Assembly: GCA_018825785.1 (NCBI GenBank)
Contig: JAHKAY010000006.1
Coordinates: forward strand, 42,332-106,331
DNA length: 64,000 bases
Source: Chloroflexota bacterium
GTDB lineage: Bacteria; Chloroflexota; Dehalococcoidia; JACVQG01; JAHKAY01
Reading direction: 5' to 3'
Below are positions 1 through 8,332 of this stretch, in pieces. Positions within the stretch are counted from its first letter, which is position 1, and every line of letters starts with the position of its first letter. A program made the position numbers and the translations under genes. The notes beneath the pieces are model-generated. The model was not told where the DNA came from. It did no database searches and saw only the letters and a list, made by a program, of their open reading frames with translations.

Positions 1-1111
1 GGGCCGAGGGCAGGCGGAAGCCGTAGTCCACCAGGGTCTGCTTCCGCGAGATGTCCCCGTGGTACATGCCCCTTATCTGGGGCAGGGTCATGTGGGACTC
101 GTCTATGAACATCAGGTAGTCCTGGGGGAAGTAGCCCAGGAGGGTCCAGGGAGGGCTGCCCGGTGGCCTGCCCGAGAGGTGGCGGGAGTAGTTCTCCACC
201 CCCTGGCAGTATCCCGTCTCTCTGAGCATTTCTATATCGTAGCGGGTGCGGTTGAGGAGGCGCTCCGCCTCCAGGAGCTTGCTCTCCGCCTTGAGCTCTT
301 TGCCCCGCTCCTCCAGCTCGGCCTCAATGGCCTGGAGGGCCCGGGAGAGCGCGTCGGGCGAGGTGACAAAGTGCTTTCCGGGGAAGATGTCAATCTCCTC
401 CCTCGTCCCCAGTATCTCGCCGGTGAGGGGGTCCACCTCCAGGATACGCTCAATAACATCGCCCCAGAACTCTAGCCTTATGGCGGTCTCCTCGTAGGCG
501 GGCTGGAGCTCCAGGGTATCCCCCCGCACGCGGAAGCGCCCCCGGGTAAAGTCCACATCGTTGCGCTCATACTGCATGTCCACCAGGGAGCGCAGGAGCT
601 TCTGCCTCTGGACCCTCTGCCCCTTCTTGAGTTTGATTACAAAGCTGTAATATTCCTCCGGGGAACCCAGGCCATAGATACAGGAGACGGAGGCCACGAT
701 GATGACATCCCTCCTCTCAAAGAGGGCCTTGGTGGCGGCATGGCGGAGGCGGTCTATCTCCTCGTTGATATCCGTTTCCTTCTCAATATAGGTATCGGTG
801 CGGGGGACATAGGCTTCGGGCTGGTAGTAGTCGTAGTAGCTGACGAAATACTCCACGGCGTTATCCGGGAAGTAGTCCTTGAACTCGGAGGCGAGCTGTG
901 CGGCCAGGGTCTTGTTGTGGCAGATGACGAGAGCGGGGCGCTGGAGCCTTTCCACTACATTGGCCATGGTGAAGGTCTTCCCCGACCCCGTCACCCCCAG
1001 CAGCGTCTGCCGGCGGAAGCCCCTCCCCAGCCCCCCGACGAGCTTCTCCACCGCCAGGGGCTGGTCCCCCGTCATGCGAAAGTCAGAGACTATTTGAAAG
1101 TTGGGCATCAT
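1..1111 (-). CDS. uvrB: excinuclease ABC subunit B (UvrB), N-terminal ~370 codons; the 3' end runs off the window
   Basis: Absent from the ORF track because there is no stop inside the window. My translation of the minus strand from ATG at 1111 reads [101 protein letters not shown]... It shows the Walker A motif GSGKT and the [10 protein letters not shown] block typical of UvrB. The frame stays open to position 1. Confidence 0.9.
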   Translation of the reverse strand, partial: MMPNFQIVSDFRMTGDQPLAVEKLVGGLGRGFRRQTLLGVTGSGKTFTMANVVERLQRPALVICHNKTLAAQLASEFKDYFPDNAVEYFVSYYDYYQPEAYVPRTDTYIEKETDINEEIDRLRHAATKALFERRDVIIVASVSCIYGLGSPEEYYSFVIKLKKGQRVQRQKLLRSLVDMQYERNDVDFTRGRFRVRGDTLELQPAYEETAIRLEFWGDVIERILEVDPLTGEILGTREEIDIFPGKHFVTSPDALSRALQAIEAELEERGKELKAESKLLEAERLLNRTRYDIEMLRETGYCQGVENYSRHLSGRPPGSPPWTLLGYFPQDYLMFIDESHMTLPQIRGMYHGDISRKQTLVDYGFRLPSA

Positions 1112-1638
1112 GCCAAGCTTATATCTAGTTGGCAGTTGGCTACGGGCCGTATTGCTATCCTCTTTTCGGCTTTCTTGCCGTTCTTACAGGTGATTCTAAT
1201 TGTGCCATGCAAATCACGAGAGCCATCGCCAATCTTGCGAAGTGACGATTTGGAATAGCCTATCTCAGTTGGGGCAACAACGACACCGGTCTGAATGCCT
1301 CTGGCGCAAGTGTCCACTTCTCTCATATCTCCCACGTTCAGGGTCAACTCGGACGCGCCTCCTACCCAACAGAGTTGGTAAGCTTCAGGCGCTGAATCCA
1401 GAAGTAACCAAGCTACACAGTTTTCAGCGGCACAGTCTAGGAATCCCTTCTGGTGGTTCTCCACCTTCAGGCGGTAAGCATTGTAATCGTTATCAAAGCC
1501 GCCTGGGACCTGTGTTATGGGCCCAATGTGGAAAGCTTCTCTCGACACTGACACCAGTTCAACTCTTGGTGACTTAAGTTCGTCATACAGGAGTTTCGAG
1601 ACGAATCCTAGCACCAGGCCAATTACGAGCTCAGGCAT
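1108..1638 (-). CDS. hypothetical membrane-anchored protein (176 aa), no family recognised
   Basis: ORF track entry. It has one N-terminal hydrophobic helix ([16 protein letters not shown]) followed by a Cys-containing beta-rich domain. Its stop overlaps the uvrB start (ATGA at 1108-1111). Its start overlaps the upstream gene's stop by 8 nt. G+C is visibly lower than in its neighbours. Confidence 0.55.
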   Translation of the reverse strand: MPELVIGLVLGFVSKLLYDELKSPRVELVSVSREAFHIGPITQVPGGFDNDYNAYRLKVENHQKGFLDCAAENCVAWLLLDSAPEAYQLCWVGGASELTLNVGDMREVDTCARGIQTGVVVAPTEIGYSKSSLRKIGDGSRDLHGTIRITCKNGKKAEKRIAIRPVANCQLDISLA

Positions 1639-2191
1639 ACCTTTCCTCTTTCCAGGGGTCGGCGGAGTTGGAGTAGCCGCGTTTCTCCCAGAAGCCGGGC
1701 TCCTGCTCCCGGGTGAACCGAATCAGCCGCACCCACTTGGCGCTCTTGTAGATGTATTTGTGGGGCACCACCAGGCGCAGGGGCCAGCCGTGCTCCGGGG
1801 CCAGGTCCTCGCCGTCCAGGCGGTAGGCCAGGAGGACATCTTCCCTCAGGAGGTCATCCAGGGGCAGGCTGGTGAAGTAGCCGGCCTCGGCCTCTATGGT
1901 GGCAAAGCGGGCCTCGGGCCGGGGCCGGGCCAGGTCCGCCAGGGTCTGGAAGAGGACGCCTTCCCAGTCGTTGTCCAGGCGGGTCCAGCCGGTGACGCAG
2001 TGGACGTCGCTCTTCCTCACCACCCGGGGCAGGGCCAGGAACTCAGGCCAGGAAAAGCGCAGGGGCTTTTCCACCTCCCCCTCCACCCGCAGGTCCCAGG
2101 TCTTGGGGTCAAACCTGGGCACCGACCCCACGTGAAGGACCGGCAGGTCCCTGACCAGGTGCTGGCCGGGGGGCAGCCGGGAAGGGTCCAT
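1631..2191 (-). CDS. molybdopterin-binding oxidoreductase, sulfite-oxidase/MsrP(YedY)-like catalytic domain (short cytoplasmic form)
   Basis: 186 aa. It contains HVGSVPRFDPKTWDLRVEGEVEKPLRFSWPEFLALP...DVHCVTGWTRLDNDWEGV...GWPLRLVVPHKYIYKSAKWV, which matches the oxidoreductase molybdopterin-binding domain pattern as I remember it. No signal peptide is visible. Confidence 0.7.
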   Translation of the reverse strand: MDPSRLPPGQHLVRDLPVLHVGSVPRFDPKTWDLRVEGEVEKPLRFSWPEFLALPRVVRKSDVHCVTGWTRLDNDWEGVLFQTLADLARPRPEARFATIEAEAGYFTSLPLDDLLREDVLLAYRLDGEDLAPEHGWPLRLVVPHKYIYKSAKWVRLIRFTREQEPGFWEKRGYSNSADPWKEERYA

Positions 2192-2767
2192 CTATCCTGC
2201 CCCCAGGCTCTGCAATGCCAGCTTTATTCTATCCTCCAGGCTGAGGGCTTTCTCCTGGGGGAGGGAGGAGAGGGCGCGGGTGGCCTCGGCCAGGGTGTAG
2301 CCCAAATTGGTCAGGGCGGAGAGGACCTCGGCATCGCCCTCGGAGACGGGGACAGGGGACACCAGCTTCTCCAGCTTGCCTTTGAGCTCCAGGATGAGCC
2401 GCTGGGCGGTCTTCTTGCCTATCCCGGGCACCTGGGTGAGCAGGTCCTCGTCGCCCGAGGCGATGGCCAGGGTGAGCCGGTCCGGGGGGAGGGCGGAGAG
2501 GAGGACCAGGGCCAGCTTTGGCCCCACCCCCCTCACCCCGATTAGGCTCTGGAAGAGGCCCAGCTCCTCGGCGGTGGCGAAGCCGTAGAGGGCCAGGACT
2601 TCCTCACGCAGATAGAGATGGGTATGGAGCTCCACCTCCTTCCCCACCGGGCCCAGGCGGGCCAGGCTTGAGGCGGGGATGTGGACCTGGAAGCCCACCC
2701 CCCCCACCCGGACCAGGGCCCAGCCCGGCCCCCGTCCCTCGAGCACCCCTTTCAGGCTGGCAATCAT
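2192..2767 (-). CDS. ruvA: Holliday junction branch migration complex subunit RuvA
   Basis: 191 aa. MIASLKGVL...GVGFQVHIP...LYGFATAEELGLFQSLIGVRGVGPKLALVLLSAL...LTQVPGIGKKTAQRLILELK shows the HhH motifs. It lies adjacent to ruvC. Confidence 0.92.
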   Translation of the reverse strand: MIASLKGVLEGRGPGWALVRVGGVGFQVHIPASSLARLGPVGKEVELHTHLYLREEVLALYGFATAEELGLFQSLIGVRGVGPKLALVLLSALPPDRLTLAIASGDEDLLTQVPGIGKKTAQRLILELKGKLEKLVSPVPVSEGDAEVLSALTNLGYTLAEATRALSSLPQEKALSLEDRIKLALQSLGAG

Positions 2768-3255
2768 TTCTCCCCTACAAGCTCCTGCCGACGGGAGTGG
2801 TAGAGATGGCAGAGGGCCACGGCCAGCGCATCGGCGGCGTCGGGGCCGGGGGTCTCCTCCAGGCCCAGCTGGAGCCTTACCATCTCCTGCACCTGCCCCT
2901 TCTCCCCCCTCCCGTAGCCGGCCACGGCCCCCTTTATCTGGGTGGGGGAATACGAGCGGATAGGTATTCCCCTACCGGCACAGGCCAGGAAGGCCAGGGC
3001 CTGGGCCTGCCCGACGGCGATGGCCGAGCGGGGGTTCTTGGCCACAAAGGGCTCCTCCACCGCCGCCTCATCAGGGGAGTGCTTGTCCAGAATCTCCTCC
3101 AACCCCTTGTAGATAAAGAGCAGTCTTTCCCCGAGGGGCCGGCGGGGGGCGGTGAATGTCCCCCAGGCCAGGGCCTTAGGCGGGTCCCCCTCAATGAGGC
3201 CGTAGCCCATAATCTGAGTGCCCGGGTCCAGGCCCAGGATGCGCCTATTTTCCAT
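2764..3255 (-). CDS. ruvC: crossover junction endodeoxyribonuclease RuvC
   Basis: 163 aa. RILGLDPGTQIMGYGLIE gives the N-terminal catalytic Asp motif. It overlaps ruvA by 4 nt. Confidence 0.9.
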   Translation of the reverse strand: MENRRILGLDPGTQIMGYGLIEGDPPKALAWGTFTAPRRPLGERLLFIYKGLEEILDKHSPDEAAVEEPFVAKNPRSAIAVGQAQALAFLACAGRGIPIRSYSPTQIKGAVAGYGRGEKGQVQEMVRLQLGLEETPGPDAADALAVALCHLYHSRRQELVGEK

Positions 3256-3266
3256 GAGGGAAACCC

Positions 3267-4022
3267 TCAGACGAGGCCGGAGGCCTTCAGCTTCTCCAGG
3301 ACAGCATCGGAGTAGTCCAGGTTGGTGTTGACAAAGCGGACATCCTCCATCTCTTCCAGGCTCTCCAGCAACTTCAGGTTCTGGATGGCGGTCCTCTCCT
3401 CCACCATGACGGTGGAACGGGGCACCAGAGAAACATCCGAGGCGGTTATCTTCAGGTTCTTGGCCTCCAGGGCCCGGCGCACCTTCTCCAGGTCGTGGGG
3501 TCGGGTATAGACCTCGATGAGCGCTTCCTCGGTCTTCACATCCTCGGCCCCGGCATCTATGGCCTCCAGGGCCGTCTCCTCCGGCGTGGTGGTTTCAGCG
3601 GTAATAACCCCCCGGGACTCAAAGAGCCAGGCCACGGCGCCGCTCTCGGCCAGGCTTCCGCCGTGGCGGGATAAGACATTGCGCACTTCCTGGATAGTGC
3701 GGTTGCGGTTATCGCTGAGGGCCGCCACCATGATGGCCACCCCGCCGGGGCCATAGCCCTCCAGGGTAAGCTCGACCAGGTTGGCCCCCTCCGCCCCCCC
3801 CACCCCCCTCTGGACGGCCCTCGAGATGTTGTCAGCGGGCATATTCACATCCCGGGCCTTCTGGATGATAAGGCGCAGGCGCACATTGGTCTGGGGGTCC
3901 GCCCCCCCCTGGCGGGCAGCGATGGCCAGCTCCCGGGAGAGCCTGGAGAACAGCGCGCCACGCTTCTGGTCGGTGACGCCTTTCGCCCGCTTTATCGTAG
4001 ACCACTTGGAATGTCCGGACAT
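3267..4022 (-). CDS. yebC: YebC/PmpR family DNA-binding transcriptional regulator
   Basis: MSGHSKWSTIKRAKGVTDQKRGALFSRLSRELAIAARQGGADPQTNVRLRLIIQKARDVNMP is the family signature. I place the start at the internal ATG at 4022 (MSGHSKW) rather than the track start at 4061. Confidence 0.9.
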   Translation of the reverse strand: MSGHSKWSTIKRAKGVTDQKRGALFSRLSRELAIAARQGGADPQTNVRLRLIIQKARDVNMPADNISRAVQRGVGGAEGANLVELTLEGYGPGGVAIMVAALSDNRNRTIQEVRNVLSRHGGSLAESGAVAWLFESRGVITAETTTPEETALEAIDAGAEDVKTEEALIEVYTRPHDLEKVRRALEAKNLKITASDVSLVPRSTVMVEERTAIQNLKLLESLEEMEDVRFVNTNLDYSDAVLEKLKASGLV

Positions 4023-4068
4023 CTTCCCCCTCCCTCGCCCAGATTCTAGCACTTTTGTCAAGTGCCCT

Positions 4069-4076
4069 CAATGACC
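4069..4076. repeat. 8-bp direct repeat CAATGACC, left copy (putative target-site duplication)
   Basis: The identical octamer recurs at 4750-4757. Each copy abuts the outer end of an inverted-repeat arm. Confidence 0.65.
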
Positions 4077-4749
4077 GGTTCTTATGCCTCTTAGTGTATC
4101 GTGGTATTTGTCTCTTGTCGTCGCTGTTATAATGGGCGTGATGTTTGGGTGGGAGATAGGCTTCGGTGTAGCCTTTCTAGTGGCTGGTTTCGGCTTCATG
4201 AGTGCAGGATACATCTGCTGGGGGATAGTTCTTCTCATTCCTGGTATTGGTCTAGCCGTTACAAGCTATCTTCGTATTCACAGCAAAGTCGGGGTTGGGA
4301 TAGACCTATCAGATTTCAAAGGAGAGTATTTCCAGCGCACCAATATCCCTAGTGAGTATCAGTTTTCAGGGACGATTGAGGTAAAAGTCCCTAATGCGGT
4401 TGCTGTCCGTGAAGTGTATCTTGACATCCTCATTGAAGGCAAAAGTATACGAGCCAATCTGATGTCAGATATGGAAGGTTTTGGCGAAGGCTATACTCTG
4501 TCGCCATCCAAGCCATTATTCAAACGAATAGCCTTTCAGTTGACTAGCACAATACCAATAGATACACCGCCTAAACAAGGCACTCTCCACTTTATGACCA
4601 CGGATTGGGAGAGAACAAAGGTCGTCAGCCTAAAATATGAGGCATATATGCATAAGAACCGCTGACGTGGCAGGCATCAAGGCCCCTTACAAGACATGGC
4701 CTGATTTGGTGAGGGCCGACAAGTGACTACACCTAGACGCATAAGAACC
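4077..4749. mobile_element. non-autonomous TIR-bounded cassette (MITE-like, 673 bp) carrying one cargo ORF
   Basis: The left end GGTTCTTATGC (4077-4087) is the exact reverse complement of the right end GCATAAGAACC (4739-4749). The arms continue imperfectly, matching at 8 of the next 11 positions (19/22 in total). The element is flanked by the 8-bp direct repeat CAATGACC. Hand-counted G+C inside is 42-52%, versus more than 60% outside. No transposase is present. Confidence 0.6.
4084..4665 (+). CDS. hypothetical polytopic membrane protein (193 aa), cargo of the TIR cassette
   Basis: ORF track entry. The N-terminal ~75 aa are strongly hydrophobic (3-4 helices: LSLVVAVIMGVMF, GVAFLVAGFGFMSAGYICWGIVLLIPGIGLAV). 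The rest is a beta-rich soluble domain. The ATG lies inside the left repeat arm. The last codons and the stop cover an internal third copy of the repeat (4650-4661). Confidence 0.55.
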   Translation: MPLSVSWYLSLVVAVIMGVMFGWEIGFGVAFLVAGFGFMSAGYICWGIVLLIPGIGLAVTSYLRIHSKVGVGIDLSDFKGEYFQRTNIPSEYQFSGTIEVKVPNAVAVREVYLDILIEGKSIRANLMSDMEGFGEGYTLSPSKPLFKRIAFQLTSTIPIDTPPKQGTLHFMTTDWERTKVVSLKYEAYMHKNR

Positions 4750-4757
4750 CAATGACC
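4750..4757. repeat. 8-bp direct repeat CAATGACC, right copy (putative target-site duplication)
   Basis: See 4069-4076. Confidence 0.65.
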
Positions 4758-4784
4758 TGCCCGTGGAGCCTCGCCCGCCGAGGC

Positions 4785-4813
4785 TTGACAGGGTGGGAGA
4801 AGGCCCCTAAAAT
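4785..4813 (+). promoter_or_regulatory. sigma70-type promoter for yceD-rpmF-fab operon
   Basis: TTGACA (4785-4790), a 17-nt spacer, then TAAAAT (4808-4813). It lies 21 nt upstream of the yceD ATG at 4834. Confidence 0.6.
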
Positions 4814-4833
4814 GTGGCCCATCCGGGGAACTG

Positions 4834-5295
4834 ATGCGCTTTGATGTAGGGGAGCAGCTGAGGGAGCCCGTGGGCACCATCCACACCTATAGCCTGGAAG
4901 AGAGGATGGGCCTGTGTGAAGGGGAGGAGTTCCCTGTCGCGGGCAGGTTGAATTTTATGCGCACCTCCCAAGGCCTCCTGATAACGGCCAACCTGGAGGC
5001 CAGGATGGAAGCCTCCTGCAACCGTTGTCTGGACAGTTTTACACTTTCCGTCCCCTTCCATATTGAGGAGGAGTTTTTCCCCACCTCGGACCCCTGGAAG
5101 GGAGGCAGGCTGGCGACCCCGGAGGACGCCTTCACCATAGATTCGCACCAGGTGCTGGACTTGACAGAAGCCCTCAGGCAGTATATCCTTCTGCAAATGC
5201 CCATGAAGCAAGTCTGTCGGCCCAGTTGCCTGGGCCTCTGCCCCCGCTGCGGGCACAACCTCAACCTGGGCCCCCATTCCTGCCCAAGGGACTAA
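4834..5295 (+). CDS. yceD: YceD/DUF177 family protein (large-subunit rRNA accumulation protein)
   Basis: 153 aa. The C-terminal CRPSCLGLCPRCGHNLNLGPHSC zinc-ribbon-like motif and the conserved position immediately upstream of rpmF support the call. Confidence 0.8.
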   Translation: MRFDVGEQLREPVGTIHTYSLEERMGLCEGEEFPVAGRLNFMRTSQGLLITANLEARMEASCNRCLDSFTLSVPFHIEEEFFPTSDPWKGGRLATPEDAFTIDSHQVLDLTEALRQYILLQMPMKQVCRPSCLGLCPRCGHNLNLGPHSCPRD

Positions 5296-5328
5296 CTCCA
5301 AGAAGCAAAGGAGGGAGAAAAGCCAGCT

Positions 5329-5526
5329 ATGGCCCCTTTACCCAAGAAAAGAACTGCCAGGGCCAGACAGGGAGAAAGGCGAAGCCATCTCCACCGCGTG
5401 AGCTCCGCTCTCAGCCCGTGCTCTCAGTGCCACACTCCCAAGCTACCCCATCACGCCTGTCCCACCTGCGGCTACTACAATGGGAGGCAAGCAGTAAAAA
5501 TAAAGGGGAAGGGGAAAAAGGGGTAG
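5329..5526 (+). CDS. rpmF: 50S ribosomal protein L32
   Basis: 65 aa. MAPLPKKRTARARQGERRSH...CSQCHTPKLPHHACPTCGYYNGRQ shows the paired CxxC motifs. Confidence 0.92.
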   Translation: MAPLPKKRTARARQGERRSHLHRVSSALSPCSQCHTPKLPHHACPTCGYYNGRQAVKIKGKGKKG

Positions 5527-5532
5527 AGGGGG

Positions 5533-6492
5533 TTGCTTAGAACTCCCCTTTGCGACCTTCTAGATATCCAATACCCCATCTTTCAGGGCGGGATGGCTTG
5601 GCTTGGCACCAGTGAGCTGGTGTCGGCGGTCTCCAACGCCGGGGGCTTGGGCATCATCGGTTCCGGGAATGCCCCCGGCTCCTGGGTGCGGGAGCAGATA
5701 ACCAAGACCCAGGAAAGGACCGCCAGGCCTTTTGGCGTCAATGTCATGCTCCTCTCCCCCAATGTGCAGGAGGTGATAGAGGTGGTGTTGGAGGAGAGAC
5801 CGAAGGTGGTCACCTTCGGTGCCGGCAACCCGGCGGTTCATATCCCCCGCTTCAAGGAGGCAGGGGTCCGGGTCATCCCGGTAGTGGCCTCAGTGGCCCT
5901 GGCCAAGAGGCTGGAGCGGGCCGGGGCCGATGCCTTCATAGCTGAGGGCATGGAGTCCGGGGGCCATATCGGTGAGATAACCACTATGGCGCTGGTGCCT
6001 CAGGTGGTGGAGGCGGTGGATGTGCCTGTGGTGGCCGCCGGGGGTATCGCCAATGGGCGGGGCCTTGCAGCCGCCCTTGCCCTGGGGGCCCAGGGGGTCC
6101 AGATAGGCACCCGTTTTGTCTGCGCCCAGGAATGCATAGCCCACCCCAACTACAAGAAGAAGATAATGGAGGCGAGGGACCGCTCCACGGTAGTCTCCGG
6201 CACCCCCACCGGCCACCCGGTGCGCTGTCTGGAGAATAGGCTTACCCGCCTTTTCCAGGAACGGGAAAGGGCCGGGGCCACGCCCGAAGAATTGGAGAAG
6301 CTGGGTGAGGGCAAGCTCTATCTGGCAGCAATTCTAGGGGACGTGGAAAACGGCTCTGTCATGGCAGGGCAGAGCGCTGCCCTGGTAAGAGACATAAAGC
6401 CCGCAAAGGATATTGTTGAGGAAATCGTGCGGGAAGCAGAGGAGGTGCTAAAAAGGCTGGCCGTCCTGCCCCAGCCTGTGAAACATGTTTAA
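5533..6492 (+). CDS. fabK: enoyl-[acyl-carrier-protein] reductase FabK (FMN-dependent, nitronate monooxygenase fold)
   Basis: 319 aa. IQYPIFQGGMAWLGTSELVSAVSNAGGLGIIG...ESGGHIG...AAGGIANGRG matches the family. It sits in a fab operon directly upstream of fabD. Confidence 0.8.
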   Translation: MLRTPLCDLLDIQYPIFQGGMAWLGTSELVSAVSNAGGLGIIGSGNAPGSWVREQITKTQERTARPFGVNVMLLSPNVQEVIEVVLEERPKVVTFGAGNPAVHIPRFKEAGVRVIPVVASVALAKRLERAGADAFIAEGMESGGHIGEITTMALVPQVVEAVDVPVVAAGGIANGRGLAAALALGAQGVQIGTRFVCAQECIAHPNYKKKIMEARDRSTVVSGTPTGHPVRCLENRLTRLFQERERAGATPEELEKLGEGKLYLAAILGDVENGSVMAGQSAALVRDIKPAKDIVEEIVREAEEVLKRLAVLPQPVKHV

Positions 6493-7468
6493 GAAAGGTT
6501 CCCCCAAAAAACGAAGCCCTTCAAAGGGGTCCAAAGTGGCCTTTATCTTCCCGGGGCAAGGTACCCAGTGGGTGGGGATGGGCAAGGACCTCTACCAGAC
6601 CTTCCCCTCCGCCCGCCAGGTCTTTGACGAAGCCGACGAGAGCCTGGGTTTCGACCTCTCCCGACTCTGCTTTGAAGGGCCGGAGGAGAAATTGCGCCAG
6701 ACGGTCTATGCCCAGCCGGCCATCCTCACCATGAGCCTGGCATGTCTGGAAGCGGCCCGGGAGATGGGCCTGGAGCCCTGCCTGGGAAAACCAGACTTTG
6801 TGGCCGGGCACAGCCTGGGGGAGTACACCTCCCTGGTGGCCGCCGGCGTCCTGGACCTCCCCGAGGCTGTCTCTCTGGTCAGGCAGCGGGGCAAGCTGAT
6901 GCAGAAGGCCTCCCAGCAAGAAAAGGGCGGGATGATCGCCATCCTGGGGCTGGACCTGGAGACAGTGGTTGAGGTATGCGAGTGGAGCGGGACCGAGATA
7001 GCCAACGTTAACTGCCCCGGCCAGGTCGTCATCGCCGGCACCGCGGAGGCCCTGGCCGAGGCCAGAGAGTTGGCCCAGGAGCGGGGGGCCAGGAGGGTGG
7101 TAACCCTGGATGTCTGCGGGCCCTTCCACTCCTCCGTCATGCGCCGGGCCCTTCGGGCACTGGGCCGGGCTATCTCCTCCCTGCGTTTCCATCACCCCAA
7201 GGTGCCCATCGTGGCCAATGCCTCTGCCCGGCCCCTCACCAGTTCCCAGGCGGTGAAGAAGGAGCTTCGCGTCCAGCTCTGCTGCCCCGTCAGGTGGCAG
7301 GAATCGGTGAATTTGATGGTCGAACGGGGGGTAGATACCTTTGTAGAGCTGGGACCAGGCAAGGTGCTCTCCGGAATGATTGAGCGCACTGCCCCTCAGG
7401 TTCAGACCATCAACATCGGTGACCTCCCCAGCCTGGAAAGGGCAAGGAAGATTGCCCCTCCCGGGTAG
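6485..7468 (+). CDS. fabD: [acyl-carrier-protein] S-malonyltransferase
   Basis: 327 aa, with FIFPGQGTQWVGMG and the GHSLGEY active-site motif. Confidence 0.9.
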   Translation: MFKKGSPKKRSPSKGSKVAFIFPGQGTQWVGMGKDLYQTFPSARQVFDEADESLGFDLSRLCFEGPEEKLRQTVYAQPAILTMSLACLEAAREMGLEPCLGKPDFVAGHSLGEYTSLVAAGVLDLPEAVSLVRQRGKLMQKASQQEKGGMIAILGLDLETVVEVCEWSGTEIANVNCPGQVVIAGTAEALAEARELAQERGARRVVTLDVCGPFHSSVMRRALRALGRAISSLRFHHPKVPIVANASARPLTSSQAVKKELRVQLCCPVRWQESVNLMVERGVDTFVELGPGKVLSGMIERTAPQVQTINIGDLPSLERARKIAPPG

Positions 7469-7625
7469 TCAAGAATAGCCAGAATACCGCACACATGGGC
7501 ATAAGGACTGCTCTGCGCTGTTCTCGTTGCGGCTCCGGCGGTCTGGCCCCCCAGGCCCCGGAACATTGCCGCCGTTGCCTGCGGCATGGCTTTCACCGGG
7601 TGTTGCCCCAAATAGAGGACCGCCC

Positions 7626-8066
7626 GTGAAAGGCCCAAGGCGGTGGGCCCGGGAGACCGCCTTCAAGGCCCTCTACGAGGGGGATGTGGCCCGCCATGAC
7701 CCCCTCCTGGCCCTGGAGCGCCTGGTGGAGGAGGAAGCACTGCCCCCCGAGGTAAAGGGCTATTCCCGGGAGCTGGTGGAGGGGGTGCTCAAGAAACAAA
7801 GGGAGCTAGATTCCCGCCTGAGGCGTCTGGCCCCCGCCTTCCCCCTGGAGCAGCTCTCCCCGGTTGACCGCAACATCCTGCGCCTTGCCCTGTGGGAGGT
7901 CCTGCATCCTGCCAATATACCGCTGAAGGTGGCCATCAATGAAGCCGTGGAGCTGGCCAAGACCTTTGGCTCAGATACTTCCCCCCGCTTTATCAACGGG
8001 GTTCTTGGCTCGGTAGCCGATGAGGTCCTGGGAAAAACAGCCCCAGGAAAGGAGGCGAACGGATGA
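7626..8066 (+). CDS. nusB: transcription antitermination factor NusB
   Basis: [14 protein letters not shown]...[14 protein letters not shown]...[32 protein letters not shown] matches NusB. The track ORF starts at 7527 with a Pro/Gly-rich extension. I prefer GTG at 7626, preceded by AGAGGA. The start is uncertain. Confidence 0.82.
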   Translation: MKGPRRWARETAFKALYEGDVARHDPLLALERLVEEEALPPEVKGYSRELVEGVLKKQRELDSRLRRLAPAFPLEQLSPVDRNILRLALWEVLHPANIPLKVAINEAVELAKTFGSDTSPRFINGVLGSVADEVLGKTAPGKEANG

Positions 8067-8314
8067 CAACAGTCGCAGAAAGGTTGAAGAAGGTCATCAC
8101 TGAGCAACTGGGGGTGGAGCCTGACCAGGTGGTGCCGGGGGCCAGTTTCGTGCAGGACCTGAACGCCGATTCCCTGGACCTGGTGGAGTTGGTCATGGCC
8201 ATCGAGGAGGAGTTCTCCAACCCCGATAAGAAGTTTGAAATCCCCGATGAGGATATGGCCAAGCTGAAGACCGTCCAAGACGCCCTGGACTACCTCAAGA
8301 GCCGGGGCATCTAG
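8063..8314 (+). CDS. acpP: acyl carrier protein
   Basis: 83 aa. [19 protein letters not shown] carries the DSL phosphopantetheine attachment motif. Confidence 0.92.
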   Translation: MTTVAERLKKVITEQLGVEPDQVVPGASFVQDLNADSLDLVELVMAIEEEFSNPDKKFEIPDEDMAKLKTVQDALDYLKSRGI

Positions 8315-8332
8315 TACTGTAGCTATCCCCCG

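Noticed and set aside
1517-3315. Long plus-strand ORFs (1517-2545, 342 aa; 2518-3315, 265 aa) lie opposite the Moco-oxidoreductase, ruvA and ruvC genes.
   Set aside because: Their products are Gly/Pro/Arg/Ala-rich low-complexity sequences, typical of shadow frames in GC-rich DNA. The opposite strand encodes unmistakable RuvA, RuvC and oxidoreductase sequences.
4650-4661. I considered the third, internal copy of the cassette repeat arm as evidence for an invertible (phase-variable) segment.
   Set aside because: No recombinase gene is nearby. The internal copy has the same orientation as the right arm, so it cannot mediate inversion with it. It is more simply a nested or duplicated end.
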